Made by a program: the position numbers and the translations under genes. Under the pieces are notes generated by a model, which did not search any database, was not told the DNA's origin, and worked only from the letters and a program-made list of their open reading frames with translations. Shown one piece after another: positions 26,493 through 40,032 of a stretch of 64,000 nucleotides of DNA (position 1 is its first letter; every line of letters begins with the position of its first letter). This stretch comes from the human T2T-CHM13v2.0 reference genome, Homo sapiens, in NCBI RefSeq assembly GCF_009914755.1, contig NC_060926.1. One strand, 5' to 3'.

Positions 26493-29400
26493 AGTAGGGG
26501 TTATTTTAAAGTCTGACTCTTAGATACAGAAAAGCCACTGGTAAAGAATGGTCAGGCAGCAAAGAGTTGCTTTAGCAACGGGTAGGCTGAAAATGCCTTG
26601 GAGGAGTCAGGCCGCTGTAAATAGAGTGAGACTGGACAAGGGCGTGACTGTACGGAGACCTGAGACGGAAATAGCCAACCACGTCAAGGCTGTGGAAGAT
26701 GCTCAGGCCACATCCCCTCTAGAGCATGGCCTCGAGTCCTAGGCTGGGCTTCAAGAGGGGTGGGGGCAGGCTCTGGGTGTTCAGTGTTCAAGCTGATGGG
26801 CCGTGTTGGTCAGAGAATGAGAGGGACTGAACCGCGGTGGTAATGTTTGGAGGATGTGGCTGTGGATTAGACTAATTCTGTGCGCTCCTGGCCCAGTGAG
26901 GAGAAGCTGGCTGAGTGCAAAGCCTCCCCAGGCCTTCTGCATCTAGTGGGAAGTAATGGTGATGAGGTCCCCGTCAAGGAAGGCATTCAGGAGGAGGCAC
27001 TTGACCATTTTCCTAGGATGGAGTAGAGGGGCTTTGTGCATGAGGTAGGGTTGAGTTTCTGAACCTGAGAGTCAATTATCCACCTCCTATTGACAGGCTG
27101 ACATGGGAAACCTCAGCAGATCCATGCAAACACACAGATTCTACCAGGGGCCATGAGGAGCGTCCCCGCATCTGAGCTGGCCTCCTTGTCTCCACTTTTT
27201 CAGGACCTGACACTGTGTCCCTCAGCCTGCTGTTCATCTGCTTGGTGTAGGTTGGGTAGCAGGTTCTGGGAGAAGAATGGGGGACTGAGGACTTGGAAAC
27301 CTTCCTGTGGGATGTTCCTGGGCTGGGGGTGAGGTGTGGAGGGGAGGAGGGGCCTGTTGGTTCCTTGTTTCTGAAGCTGAGGCTTTCAGGCTGGAGCAGT
27401 CAGGTCTGCAGGAAACACCATCCCAGGCCTGTCTCCAGCTTCCCTTCACTTCTCTATCCTAAAGTTCTCCTGGGGGTTTTGGTTTCAGAAAAGTTCCTGT
27501 TGACATAAGGCTTTGGGCACTTTGGGTGACTTTGCCTCATTGGCTGCTGTATTTAGGCAGTGAGGAGGGGTGTGATGGGTCTGTGGATGTGGACCTCAGG
27601 GCCGGGAATACAAAGGTGAGGCGCATCCCAGAATGTCACCGTGACATTCAACAACTCCACTCCACATACATGGATTGAGCTCCCAGGAGCAAAGCCAGGG
27701 AAGCCACAGGGAACTCCTGAGTGCTCAGAGGCAGCGTCAGGAGCAGCGGATCCTCATGGAATGGGGCCAGGAGCTCCAGGAGGCAAACATAGGGTGCAGG
27801 ATGGGAGGTCAAGAACAAGCCCTGCTGAGTCCCCACCCTGTGCCAAGTGCAGTGGGCACAGGGCTGCAGAAGTGTCCAAGGCTCGATTCCTGTAAGGAGC
27901 TGAGTGTGGAGGGCTTGGGACATTGGGGGAGGCCACTGTATGCCTAGGAACTGTAAGGCACAGTGTGGCCAGCAGACGGACACCCCACAAGGCCCATTCA
28001 CCCATGATGTGGAGGGTCCCCCGGCGTTGGGCTATGCAGAAGTCCCAGTGGTCAGTGAATTGGGGATTTTGACACAAGAGCTAGAGGGGCACAGCAAGGG
28101 GCAGTGACTTGTGTGTGTGTGTGGGGGGGGGCGGGTCACAGTGAAGAGGTGACACCCTCATCCGTCAGGCAGGAAGTGAGGGCATCCATGCAGCTGGCGC
28201 AGGCGTCCACTCTGTGGGCAGCAAGACCAGGCGTCACTCCCCCTGTTTTGTAGCCCACTAACTCTGGGCCTTGTTGGCTTCCCGGACATTTGTTAGTAAT
28301 AGAGAAACTGATTACACATGTGACCAGGCTCTCTGACAATGATTTCCCTCTAACAATTTCCAGGTTTTTAATCCAATTCATCAGCCATTCTAGAGTGAGT
28401 GCTTCACGAAGTCCAAGTAAGGAGCTGGCAATAATAATAAAAACTGAAGAAAGGAGAGAGGGGAAGGAAACTGAGGCCATCCCAAAGATTAAGATAAGTT
28501 TAAGCAAGCCCAGGAATGAAGAGCAGGAGTGGGGAGGCCATCGGCGAGGTGGAGCTGCTCAGGATGGGGCAGCTGCCTTGTGCTGGCCACAGGCCAGTGT
28601 GGGGAGGAAAGGGTGAGCTCTTGGAGCTCCTGGCTCAGCCTCGCTTCCGAAGCAGCATCCCTCATCTCAGTACTCTACCCCTCGTCTCAGTACTCCACCC
28701 CACGGCTCACTTTCTGTCTGGAAACCTTTCCACAGTCAAAAGACTCCTCTCAAGTCCCAAGAGCACCAACTCTCCACTGTTCAGAATCCCATCTCACCCA
28801 CCTTGTTGCCCTTGTGACTGGATCCATGTCCACTGCGGAAGGAGTGTAGAGGTGTGAGAAAGGCCCAGAGAGGCGTCCCGGGTGGCTCCTTTCTCTCTGG
28901 AACCAGGACTGCAATGTAGCCTGGGTGTTCACCATTATGGACTTCCGAGCCTTTTAGACAAAGGGCCATTCATTACCATCAACGGTTCTCCGGAAAGCGC
29001 CCTAGAAGCAGCTCCCTCCTTGCCTGTGGGTCCAAGTTGTCAGGGTCTCCCTCTCAGTGTGGAAGCATCCTTGGGCTGGCCAGCCCCCGTGGAGTCACTT
29101 AGGGAATCTGGCAGGCTCCCATAGGCAGGGGCCACCCAGAGGAAGGACCTGCATACTACCACCCTCAGGGAACAGCCTGGCCAGGCTCTCAGCGGGGGCA
29201 GCATTTGAGGCTCTGAGAAGCAGAGCTGATGTCTGGCTCGGGCAGACTGGCCAGAACAAAACAGCCGATCCAAGGCAAGAGTTCCAGCTGGCAGACAAAT
29301 TTCCCTGTGGGACCCACGGACCTGATGTTCTGCCCATGAGTCTCAGGGTGAGAGGGTGCTGGGGTGCGGTGGGCCCTGGCAGGACCCCCCTGTTCCCATC

Positions 29401-30159
29401 TCAACCAGAGAGATGCCACTGGATCAGTTTGACACATTGCAATCCCACGGAGGTTTTGGGGGATGCAGGGAGAGGTTTGCTCTTGCTGAGATGTTCGAGA
29501 CCATTCGCGCAGCAGACGAGGCATGCGAGGCGCTCTCCCATGTGGTGGCTTCTTCGTCTCAGCCCCACCTGCTGCTGCCACATAAGTGCCTCACTTGTTT
29601 CTTCGTTGCCTTCCGTCCCCCCAGCACAGGAGCTGCCATGGGCTCAAGTTCTGTGCATTTTGTTCCTTGTTGGGTTCCCCACGCCTAAAACTGTGCCTGG
29701 TTCATGTCAACCCCTAAGAAATATTTGTTAATTGAGCAAGTGAAGTGCAGGGGTGGGATTCAGGAGACCCAGGTGTAAACCCAGCCCCACCGCCTGACTT
29801 TGATGAAAGGATTCAACATCTCTATTCCTGAAGCTGAGACCATCCCGGCCGCTACTGTCCACAGTGGGTGAGTCCTGGATTCCAGATTCCATCCGCACAA
29901 GGCTGAGGATGGCTCTCCTGTCTCCTAAGTGAATATCCGAGGTCGGTTCCTCCTCAGCAGCCCAGGGTGGAGGTGAGGCTGGCCAGCGGAGGGAGGCCCC
30001 ACAGGTCATCTACCAAAAACCTACACTGGGACAGCTTTCCCCACACGGCGGGCAGCATTCTTCACGCTGTCCACACAGGGCCCTTCACTCAGAGCGGCCC
30101 ACAATGCTCAAGCTCCCTGACACAGCCTTTGGGTCCCTGCTGATGTAGGGACCCCATGA

Positions 30160-30345
30160 CCTGGATTCCAGGGTCTTCATCACCTCTTGGCCCTGTGGTT
30201 GTGGGAGAGTCACCTCTCTGGGCCTCGGTTTCCACATCCATAAAATAAAATTAAGATGCTCACATCACAGGTGACGGACGAGGGGTAACAGAGGTCACAG
30301 CTTGCAAGGCCTTTGGTGCAGTGCAGGGAACAGTGCATGCTGGAC
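30160..30345 (+). mobile_element. MIR fragment
   Basis: gagtcacctctctgggcctcggtttccacatccataaaat core. Confidence 0.6.
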
Positions 30346-31263
30346 GCCCCGTCAGCCCCCATTGTCTGCCCCCTTCTCATTATTTAGGGTGCACGGGCTC
30401 AGACCCTCCACCTCAGAGCCCTCAGGGAGCCTGGGGACATTCCACTCTCAAACAATATCCCAGAACCCAGGGCATTTGAGGATTCCAGAGTGGAAGTTTC
30501 AGCTAAGCGATGCCAAGAAGGAATCTGCCGTTGAACTGAAGCCCCAGCCCACCTGGGGCAGTGGGAGCTGGTGTGGCCGAGGGCCTGGCTTGGCAGGTGC
30601 CTGATCCTGACCTCACGCAGCTCCTGGCCCTCACCTTCCTCCAGGCAGTGACCTGCAGGGGAGGGACCAGGCCATTTCAGGGATGTCCCTGGGAAAGCGG
30701 GAAACACAAGGACAAGAGAAATTTACTTACTGGTGTCACTCATGAGGTTTCTCTTGTGCTAATGAATTAGCCAAACGATTCCTCTTCCATGCCATCAGAG
30801 GGAGTTTTAGGGAGAAAAATCATGTCTGTGCCATTTGAGGACTCACCCGCTGTGGGACAGTAGTGGCCGGGATAGTCTCGGCTTCTAGAATAGACCGTGC
30901 ATCTCAAAACGCCTGAAAAGGAGGGGAATGGATGCTGCCACCGTGAGGAGGCCCGAGCAGACAGCCCCGGGAGCCTGGGGTTCTCTCTGCTTGGCCCTTG
31001 CGACCCTTGCTGTGCAGCCTGTCCCATCCGCCTCCCTGAACGTCAGCAGGATGGCTGTTGCTGTTCCTGATGTCATATGCAGGAGTCCAGTGGACAATAC
31101 AGAAGGACTGTCCCTTCCATGGGAAAGGAGCCTTTTCTGTGGCCCCTACCAGGCCCTGGTCCCACAATCAATGATGATGCCAGGTCTGGCCCATGGGCAG
31201 GGACAAGGCCAGTGCACACTGGGGTTCTGTCAGCAAAGAAGGGAGGTGGGCATACGGTGACAT

Positions 31264-31630
31264 GACAGAGCCGACCCCAGTGACGGGTGGAGGACCTGCT
31301 TTTCTCCTGTGTGTGGGGACAGTGGCCCCAGTGACAGGCAGAGGACTCTCTTCCGTCCTGTGTGTGGGGACAGTGACCCCAATGACAGGTGGAGGACCCT
31401 CTTCCCTCCTGTGTGTGGGGACAGTGGCCCCAGTGACAGGCAGAGGACCCTCTTCCCTCCTGTGTGTGGGGACAGTGACCCCAATGACAGGTGGAGGACC
31501 CTCTTCCGTCCTGTGTGTGGGGACAGTGGCCCCAGTGACAGGCAGAGGACTATCTTCCCTCCTGTGTGTGGGGACAGTGACCCCAATGACAGGCAGAGGA
31601 CCCTCTTCCCTCCTGTGTGTGGGGACGGTG
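31264..31630. repeat. Minisatellite, 51-bp unit, ~7 copies
   Basis: cctgtgtgtggggac recurs at 31306, 31357, 31408, 31459, 31510, 31561 and 31612 (period 51). Overlapping ORFs show a 17-aa repeat. Confidence 0.97.
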
Positions 31631-32058
31631 TCGCCCAGGGGCAGGTGTTGTACAGGCCTCCCAGGAGGCTTCATGAGACGCGCTCAGCAGAGCCGTGTGG
31701 TCATCAGGGTGGTGGCAGGATCAATATGGCGGTGATCATTGTTCTCTGCCCTCCTTGCCTGCTCCCTTTTCCTGTGTCTCTCATCCCTCCCCCTCTCCCT
31801 CTGTTTCTGACCCTGGAGCGAGGCGGACATTTGAAGGCTTCATCCAACTTCTGCTTCCTCCCGCTCAGACCTCATTAGAGGCCAGGGTGTCTTCCACGGA
31901 GGCTCCTGGGCTCTCTTGGGGCTCCCTCTCTGGAGACCAGGGGGCTGCTGGGTGGGACAGTGTTGAGGGTGGGACTGGAGTGTGGGAGTGTCCCTGGTGC
32001 CAGCTTCCAGTGGTTCACACCTTTGTAAGCCTGGCTTGGACTTGAAACTGAGGATATT

Positions 32059-32491
32059 ATATTAGTTTCCTAAGACTGCCATGAATCATGACCACCAACT
32101 GGGTGGCTTAAACCAGCACAAACTTATTCGCTTATAGTTCTGAAGCCCAGAGTCCAAAACCAAGGGCCACAGCCCCTCTGGAGGCTCCAGGGAAAAAACC
32201 CTCCTTGCCCCTTCCAGCTTGCGGGGTTGCAGGCATTCCTTGTTTTGTGGCCACATCGCTCCAGCCTCTCCCTCATCACGTGGTCTTCTCTTCTCTGTCA
32301 CCTCCTTTTCTGTCTCTTATAGGGACACTTGCCATTGGGTTTGGTTCTCACCCAGTTAATCCAGGATGATCTAATCTGAAGATCCTTAACTTGAGAATAT
32401 CTGCAAAGACTCTTCTTCCCAATAAGGTCACAGTCAGGGGTTGGAGGATGTGAACATATCTTTGGGGGCCACCACCATTCAACCCATCATA
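32059..32491 (-). mobile_element. MaLR solo LTR (MLT1C-like)
   Basis: tattagtttcctaagactgcc...ccaccaactgggtggcttaaac...ctctggaggctccaggga...tcttatagggacacttgccattgg...aataaggtcaca...ccattcaacccatcata. Confidence 0.88.
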
Positions 32492-33436
32492 CTCAACCTA
32501 AACCAGAGGTTCCAGGAGTTTTCACCAGCAGCCGTGGCCTGCTCAGCTGAAAGGCAGCCCCTCCTGCTCTCTCTGGAGTCCGGCCTGCTGGGATCCTGGG
32601 ACTCGCCCCCACTCTGTGCAGTTGTGCGTTTTCTGGTGGCGCAGGACATAATAAGGGAAAGTTGCTGTGCTGAGACCTGGAGCAGGCTGCCTGGCAATAC
32701 TGCTATCAAAGCTCTTAGGCACTTTCCTATGCCAGAGTCCTGGGCAGGAGAGTAATTGTTCATTTGAGAGTCTGGGCCTGATCTCCTGAGCTCAGAAGAC
32801 AGGCAGCCTGCTGTCTTCACGGGGCCCTGGACCATGGGTTGAACCTGACGCTTTGACCCTGAGCTCCCCGTTCTGACCTGCAGCCTGCAGGGTTAGGAGG
32901 CAAGGGCTTTAACATTCCTCCCAGCTGCTACAGTCTGTGTGTCTTGACTCTGTCCAGGGTACAGCTTTGGCTATTGCTTGGGCCTGTCAGGGTGACAAGC
33001 AACCCTTAGTGGCCCTTAGTGGCCTTAGTGGAAATAAGCCAGTCTGTGCAGAGCCAGAAGCAGAGACTATCTGACTCTCATGGGGAGGGAGTTCACCAGA
33101 GGTCTCTTTATTGCTGTGCACGACGTCCCTCTCATCCCTCTCATGTCTCAGTGATCCAGCAAGACCCTGGATGCACCCAGGACAGAGCCTACAACAGGTC
33201 TCTCAGGCTGGGCCGCGTCCTCGCCACTCCATGCATCCTCTCTCCGAGCAAATGCTGTGATTCTATTTTTGTTCCCGGAGCATGGTTGTGCCTGGCCCAG
33301 GGTCACTACTCAAGCCCTCGCCACAGTGGCCCATTGTTTTGGGGGTTTCTGTCTTTCTTTTCTTTTATGCTTTCTGTTTTCCTTGAGATACATTTGTCTT
33401 TATTACTATAAATTATGCCTTAACCACCATTTTACA

Positions 33437-33438
<2 letters not shown>

Positions 33439-33474
<36 letters not shown>
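33439..33474. repeat. Poly(T)36 homopolymer
   Basis: Uninterrupted T run with no adjacent Alu or L1 body. Confidence 0.95.
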
Positions 33475-33475
<1 letters not shown>

Positions 33476-33949
33476 GTAAGTGTGGTAGGTAATACTCAGG
33501 AAAAGACTTTGGTTTTCTTTAGATTTGACCAGGAGGTTTGAAGGCATAGACAGGCTTGAGGGCTGAGCTTCAAGGTCTCATTTTCTTGCTTTAATTTTTC
33601 TGTTCAGATTTGTCTTCTTTTTTGATTTTCTCTGACTGCAGGGCACATGTGCAAATGCATTGAACTTGCTGTCCTCCAACTCTGAACAGTTTTAAAATTC
33701 ACTTTTTATTTCCTACCCACAGAAAAAGAAATGTTTGCTTCAACACGTATTGTTACAATCATTTTGGAATTTGGGATATGTGGGAAAGGTAGAAGGTTAA
33801 CGTCTCTTTTTTAATGGACTGTTTTCTCTTGACTTACAGTCGAGATAAAACATGCACAAGCATACGGAAGAACGATAGCAACGGGGTTGCTTTTGGCAAG
33901 GATTTAAACAACATGCACTGTCAGCCTAATCATATCTTTAAAAAATTAG

Positions 33950-34165
33950 AGGATAATGAGCATGCACTCTGTGCCAGACACTGCACTTGGCTCTTGAAAT
34001 ACATTATCTTATTTAATCCTTGCAGCCTCGTGAAGTGGATGCTTGTGTCTGCGTGTTCCAGAGCAGGCTCTGCAGCAGATCCACCTCCCGAAAGTCACAT
34101 TCGTGGCTCTGGCTATCGGGCTCCAGGGCTTACTCAGTCTTTCCATGACGCTTAACTCCAGCCAC
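33950..34165 (-). mobile_element. MIR fragment
   Basis: tgagcatgcactctgtgccagacactgcac...acattatcttatttaatccttgcagcctcgtgaagtgg. Confidence 0.62.
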
Positions 34166-34924
34166 CGCCACCCCCTACTTTCTCTGCCCCTCGGTGAGGA
34201 TGAAGGGTGCAAGGGCAGGGCCTGCCTGGGGCAGTGGGGCCCTGGGCGCACGGGCTGCAGACCCTGTGCACCAGCCCTGCTTGCAGGAGTTTGCAGTGCA
34301 GCTGGGAGGTGGACAGGACTCGAGGACTTACAAATGAGGAGGATGGCTGCACCTTGGGACATAACTCCCAAGTGGTGATAGAGAATTGGAAGGGTGCAAT
34401 TCACTCAGGTGGGCAGGGCAGCCCACTTGCAGGAGGAGATATTGAAGAGGGGACCAGAAGGATCGGAAGGAGCTGGGCGTATGAGGAGCACGCAGGGGAG
34501 GGCAGACCAAGCACAGGCAGTGTGTGTGAGCGGGGAAAGGGGTCCCTCCGGCCTGGCTGGCCTGCAGGGAGAAGAGAGCGGGGGTGACGTGAAGGCTGAG
34601 ACAGAGGCAGAGCCAGTTCAAGCAGGGCCCTTCCAATCAGGGCATTTCATTCCAAGCCAAGGCCAGGGGTAATCACTGGGGAGACATGTGCTGTTAAAAT
34701 AGGCCATTGTGCCTGCTAGGCGGGGACTGGCAGGGGGACCAGGCGAAGAGGGGCAGCCGCCTTCTTGATTTCCATCATGTGGCTGGTAAGAGTGATCTCC
34801 TGACTGTAAACTGCCGGAGCAACGCAGAGACCTACCCCTGCTACAAACCACAGGTTCAGACTCACAGCAAGGTCCTTCCCATCCTTTGCTTGTTTGCTTG
34901 GAGAGACTTGGGGTAGCACCATCA

Positions 34925-35080
34925 CACATTTTCTAGATGGTCCCTCCATTTGGGTTCGTCTGTGGTTGTTGTCATGGTTAGATCGGGGTTGTGGGTTTTT
35001 GGAAAGAGCCCGCAGAGGGGACGTGCCCCTCTTGTCACATCCTGCCAAGGGTATAGGCGGTTAGTGTGATGTGTTCCTGA
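34925..35080 (-). mobile_element. Old L1 (L1MC4-like) 3'UTR fragment
   Basis: gatggtccctccatttgggttcgtctgtggttgttgtcatggttagatcggggttgtgggtttttggaaaga resembles the antisense L1MC 3' region. Confidence 0.5.
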
Positions 35081-35199
35081 GGAGGGAGATGGAGTCTGGG
35101 CTCCACACACCTGTGCTAAGCGTCTCTTGTGTGCTGAGCAGAGTGGAAGCTCTGAGGATTTGGAAGAGGATGAGACAGGCCTCATGGAGCTCACAGCCA

Positions 35200-36140
35200 T
35201 GGTGTGGAAAGGATAGGAGCATCCACAGGGCAGCTACGCATAAGTCATGTGAGCTGAGCAGGGCAGGAGTTCAGAGGGGCATACATTAGCTGACCTTGTG
35301 GGGGCTAGGACCATTCAGAGAGGATGCCCGAGTGGGGTTTCAAAGGATGAATAGGAGCTGGTCAGGCAGGTAGTCAGGGGGTAGTGCAGGCAGAAGGATG
35401 AAGAGATGAAGAGGAGTGAAGATGGGCTGGGAACAGTGGTGGCTTTGCATTCCTGGGATACAGTGTGGATAAGGCCAGGGGGAGCTGCTACACAGAGGGA
35501 GGACTTGCGGTTCATGCCTAGGGTCCTGGTCTTCCTTCTGTAGGCTTAGAGGCTGCCCAGTGTTCCGGTGGTCATGGAGCTGCTTGATGCAACATGGAGG
35601 GTGGGCTTGATGGGGATGTGGGTGGTGAGAGAGCAGACAGGGAGCCAGCTAGAAGCTTTTATCAAAGTCTTCCCAAGAGAGGTGGAGGAGGGTCTGCAGA
35701 AGGAGGTGTCTACTGGGGGCAAAGGAGTGGACAAGCTGAGAAATTCAGTGGGGAGGACAGAGGGGACTCGGAGTCTGAGTGGAGACTCGGGGCAAGCCTG
35801 AGACCCAGGGGAGGTGACACCCTCACTGCTTTGGGGTGCATGGACGGTGGGGGCGATATCCTGGCCAGGAACTATAGCCAGGAGAGCAGGTTTCCAGGAG
35901 AGAGGAGGCAGCGGGGACTGGCCCTTCTGGGAGAGAGGGGGCAGTGGTGACCAGCATGATGTGGACAGTTGAGGGAATTGGATGTGTGTGTCTGGAGCTG
36001 GGATGGAGAACAGGGCCAGAGGTCATTGGTCTGTACTGGGTGGGGAGCAGGGGGAGAAGGTGAGAGATGTGGAAAGAGGGTCCTACAGTGTGAGCATTGC
36101 AGAAAGCCAGGAGTAGAAGCCCAGGAAACATGAACAAAGG
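35200..36140 (-). mobile_element. L2 fragments
   Basis: Purine-rich stretch with L2-like motifs (aaaggatgaataggagctggtcaggcag; gcagacagggagccagctagaagc; gaattggatgtgtgtgtctggagct). Very diverged. Confidence 0.5.
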
Positions 36141-36504
36141 AACAATTCACCAGGTCTACACATATGCAACCACATCAACAGTATTTGAGTATGCTGGATA
36201 AATTTCATTACTATGCCTTTAACATTCTGGAACATTCATTGAATGGGTTTAGAGGCTACCCACTCTAACTCAACACCCACGTTAAGATCTGAATCAATAC
36301 ATTCAATGACCTACTCCTGGTTTGGGAAGAAAGCGAAGTCTTTGGCTGACGTTGACTAGAGTTGGGAGGAAACGTGGCAACTCTCTTAACAGAGAACCCC
36401 TTTATTCTGGTGTAAGGGGTGAGCCGGAGGCAGGAGCACCGCCTTATAATAGCAGCTCCCAACTAACATGCAGGGCGACTTCGGGCTGGCCTCCCAATTT
36501 CTCT

Positions 36505-36598
36505 GGTCGATGTCCTCAGCTCTGAGGTCGGGGCTGGCGGGGCGGCGGCCGGGTCGATGTCTTCAGCTCTGAGGTCGGGGCTAGCGGGGCGGCAGCCG
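36505..36598. repeat. 47-bp tandem duplication, CpG-rich, with GC boxes
   Basis: ggtcgatgtcctcagctctgaggtcggggctggcggggcggcggccg (36505-36551) and ggtcgatgtcttcagctctgaggtcggggctagcggggcggcagccg (36552-36598) differ by 3 mismatches. Confidence 0.95.
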
Positions 36599-37396
36599 AG
36601 CACTCTTTGTGCTCCACAAATCGCTCTACTTCTTTGTTTTCCCATCATTCTCTTCCTAGCTCTAAAACACAGGTGAAGGATTAATAACGTGGCAGGTTAA
36701 TTAACTTTCCATATTTTCTTTTCTCTCCCACTTCCCTGTTCCTCTAAGCAGGTGACAGGTATATGTGATTTATCTGTCCTGCTGTTGTCACATTTTCTAT
36801 TGTAATTCCCTCAGTCTTGGACCAGTGATCTGGAGACCTCACTATTTCTTCCCGGATTTCTGTAATTTTTGCAGAGGCTGCTTCCTGCGCCTTCCCTCTG
36901 AGCATCAGGCTCAACTCACCAGAGGCAGCGGAGCGAAGCCCCAAGCGTTGGTGACAGCTGATATGTTCCACACGAGCTGTGGAATGATCTGCATTAAATG
37001 AGGATTTATGATCAATCCTCATAAATTAAGGCTGCCTCAGAAGCCCAAGGTGAGGCCCATGCTAGTGAGCCTTTGTTAATTAGCATGGGGAAGCATCCTC
37101 ACTTAGTCCAGGAAAGCAATGAGTGTTTGTTACAAGTGCCTGTTTCGATTTCATGGTGGTTGTAGCTGGTGTTGATGCCACAGACCCTCTGGGTGGCCGC
37201 TGCTTGCCGTGGGTCACCCTATGGGTGGGGGCCTGTGTTCCCTGAATAGACAGAGTCTACTCAAGGGAACTGCCTCTTTCAGGGTCAAAACCCAATGCCA
37301 TCTCTAGGTACTCTGTGCTCTGTGCCTTGCCAGGTGTGTACCTGTCACAGTTATTGAACTTTTCCTCTTGTAAAGTGGGGATAATGCCTCCTCTGG

Positions 37397-38165
<769 letters not shown>

Positions 38166-40032
38166 ACTCCTCTCACACATCGGGACGGTGTGAAGTGGGT
38201 GAGAGCACATGTCTGACACAGGCTGGCGCAGAGCCAACCCGCCGCACCTGCTGGGCCCCACCGGCTGTTATCCTGCCTTATCCACCCGCCCTCCCCACTC
38301 CCGAAGAAGGGCTCTGCCCTCTGCCTGGGGCTACATGGACAGTCCTCAAGAAGCAGGGCTGGGGGCCTTTCTGGCCTTTGCCCGTGGGCCTTGCACTCTC
38401 CGTGACAAGGCGACACAGGCAGCAGGCCTGGAGCCAGGAGGAAAAACATTATTTCTAATTCCTGATTATTTGATCATTTTATTGTAATAAACTTTGAAGG
38501 TGTGGTAAGCCATGCCAACTGTTTTGTGGGGTGAACTGGGGTGTGTGTAAACTCATAGGGTCATTAATTCCCTATGAGGCTAGCAGGTGGTTAAAATAGC
38601 ACCCCACCTCGTGGGCGTGTTGGCATCAGCTTTTGTTGTGGTTCTGTGATGGGGTGAACTGGAGGGGCCCCAAGAAAGGCCAGAGGGTCATTTGTTGGGG
38701 CCAGAAAGGCCTTTCCTGGGGTCCTTACCACAGTAGGGCTTAGGGGTTCCCATCCTAGGCTGGACAAATGTGGAGTTTTAAAACTGGACTCCTGAGTGCC
38801 ACCAGAACAACTCAGTCTTCTGGGAAGTGCCTTGCAAATGCATTCTGGGGGTCTTCAAGAGCTCCCGGGGGTAGCTGAGGAGAAGTTGGCTATGAGATCA
38901 GGTCTCAGGAGAGAGCCCTCTAGCGCTGGGAGCCGTGGGCAAGGGAGGTCACTGCCCCACACAGAGAGGGTCATCTACCACTCTTCTCCACAAGATCCCT
39001 GTTCAGCGGGGACCGCAGTCAGGGAGCTAGGTGGCTTCCCACTTTGCAGGGCAGCAGCAATGCTGATGGGACATGAAAACAGAGGAAGAGCTGTTGTGGG
39101 ATGCTCAGTCATTCCTTGTGAGTCCACGTTCATTCCCAAGTCCACCAGGCAGGCCGGAAGCCTCCTTTTTGAAACAATTTTCAGTTGATTTGAAGCTTGT
39201 AGAAACCTATGAATAAAGAATGAAGTTAAGTGGGTGTCTGAGCAGTTTCAGATCGAAATCTCACCAAGGTTTTCAAATTGTAATAAGTCTTAAACACAGA
39301 ATGGTTGATTTCAGCTCAGATGGATGTGGCGTGGGGTCAACAGAGTCCAGAAGAATCTGAATCTAGACCAGAATAGAGCAGTCCATGCCTACCAAAGGCA
39401 GCTTAGTGAGGAGCAGCCGGAAGGCTATAGGCCATGTGGTGTGCGTGTGTATATGTGCGTGTTGCTCTCTGTGTGTGTGTGAGCATCTGTGTGTGTGCAC
39501 GTGCACATGTGTGCGAGAGATATCACGCAGCCACATAACAGTTCCCATTCTCATCCTCATGTGGTGGCTCAGTCTTTCTCAACAAATCCTGTTGTCAACC
39601 CCAGAAAATCCTGCACTTTCAAAAGGCCTCCAGAAAGTACTTTCCGTAAGAGGTTTGGAGAAGACACGGGCCATGCAGAACGCTGCTCCAAGAGGCTTCT
39701 TGGGTGCCATGAGCCACTTGGCACAACCACTGCCTACTCTGTGGCCTCCTCTGTGCCCTGAATCAGAAGCACACACTTGGCCCAGAAATACGTCTTCTCC
39801 ATGGAGTGAGCAGAATGCGGGGGACTGTGTCAGGAGAGCTGGGTTTCATCCCCGGACTGGGGCCAAATGCCTGACAGATCACGGAGCCTGTGTGGTTCTC
39901 ATCCCTCTTGCTTAGAAAGCGCGAAGGCTGCTCTTCCCCTAGGAGAATTCGTGGTGTATTTTGGGAATGCAGGGGGTGAGCTGGTCTTAACCTGGGACAG
40001 AATTCATCTCAGAGGAGCCCTCGTCCTTAAGG

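Noticed and set aside
29057-29731. Longest ORF (224 aa), and other 150-190 aa ORFs such as 23717..24274, 39385..39915, 41285..41812 and 61371..61928
   Set aside because: No recognisable domain, many non-ATG starts, composition typical of random GC-rich frames, overlap with repeats, and no consistent exon structure.
31168-31878. ORFs with 17-aa repeats
   Set aside because: Explained by the 51-bp minisatellite. Being open in several frames on both strands argues against real coding.
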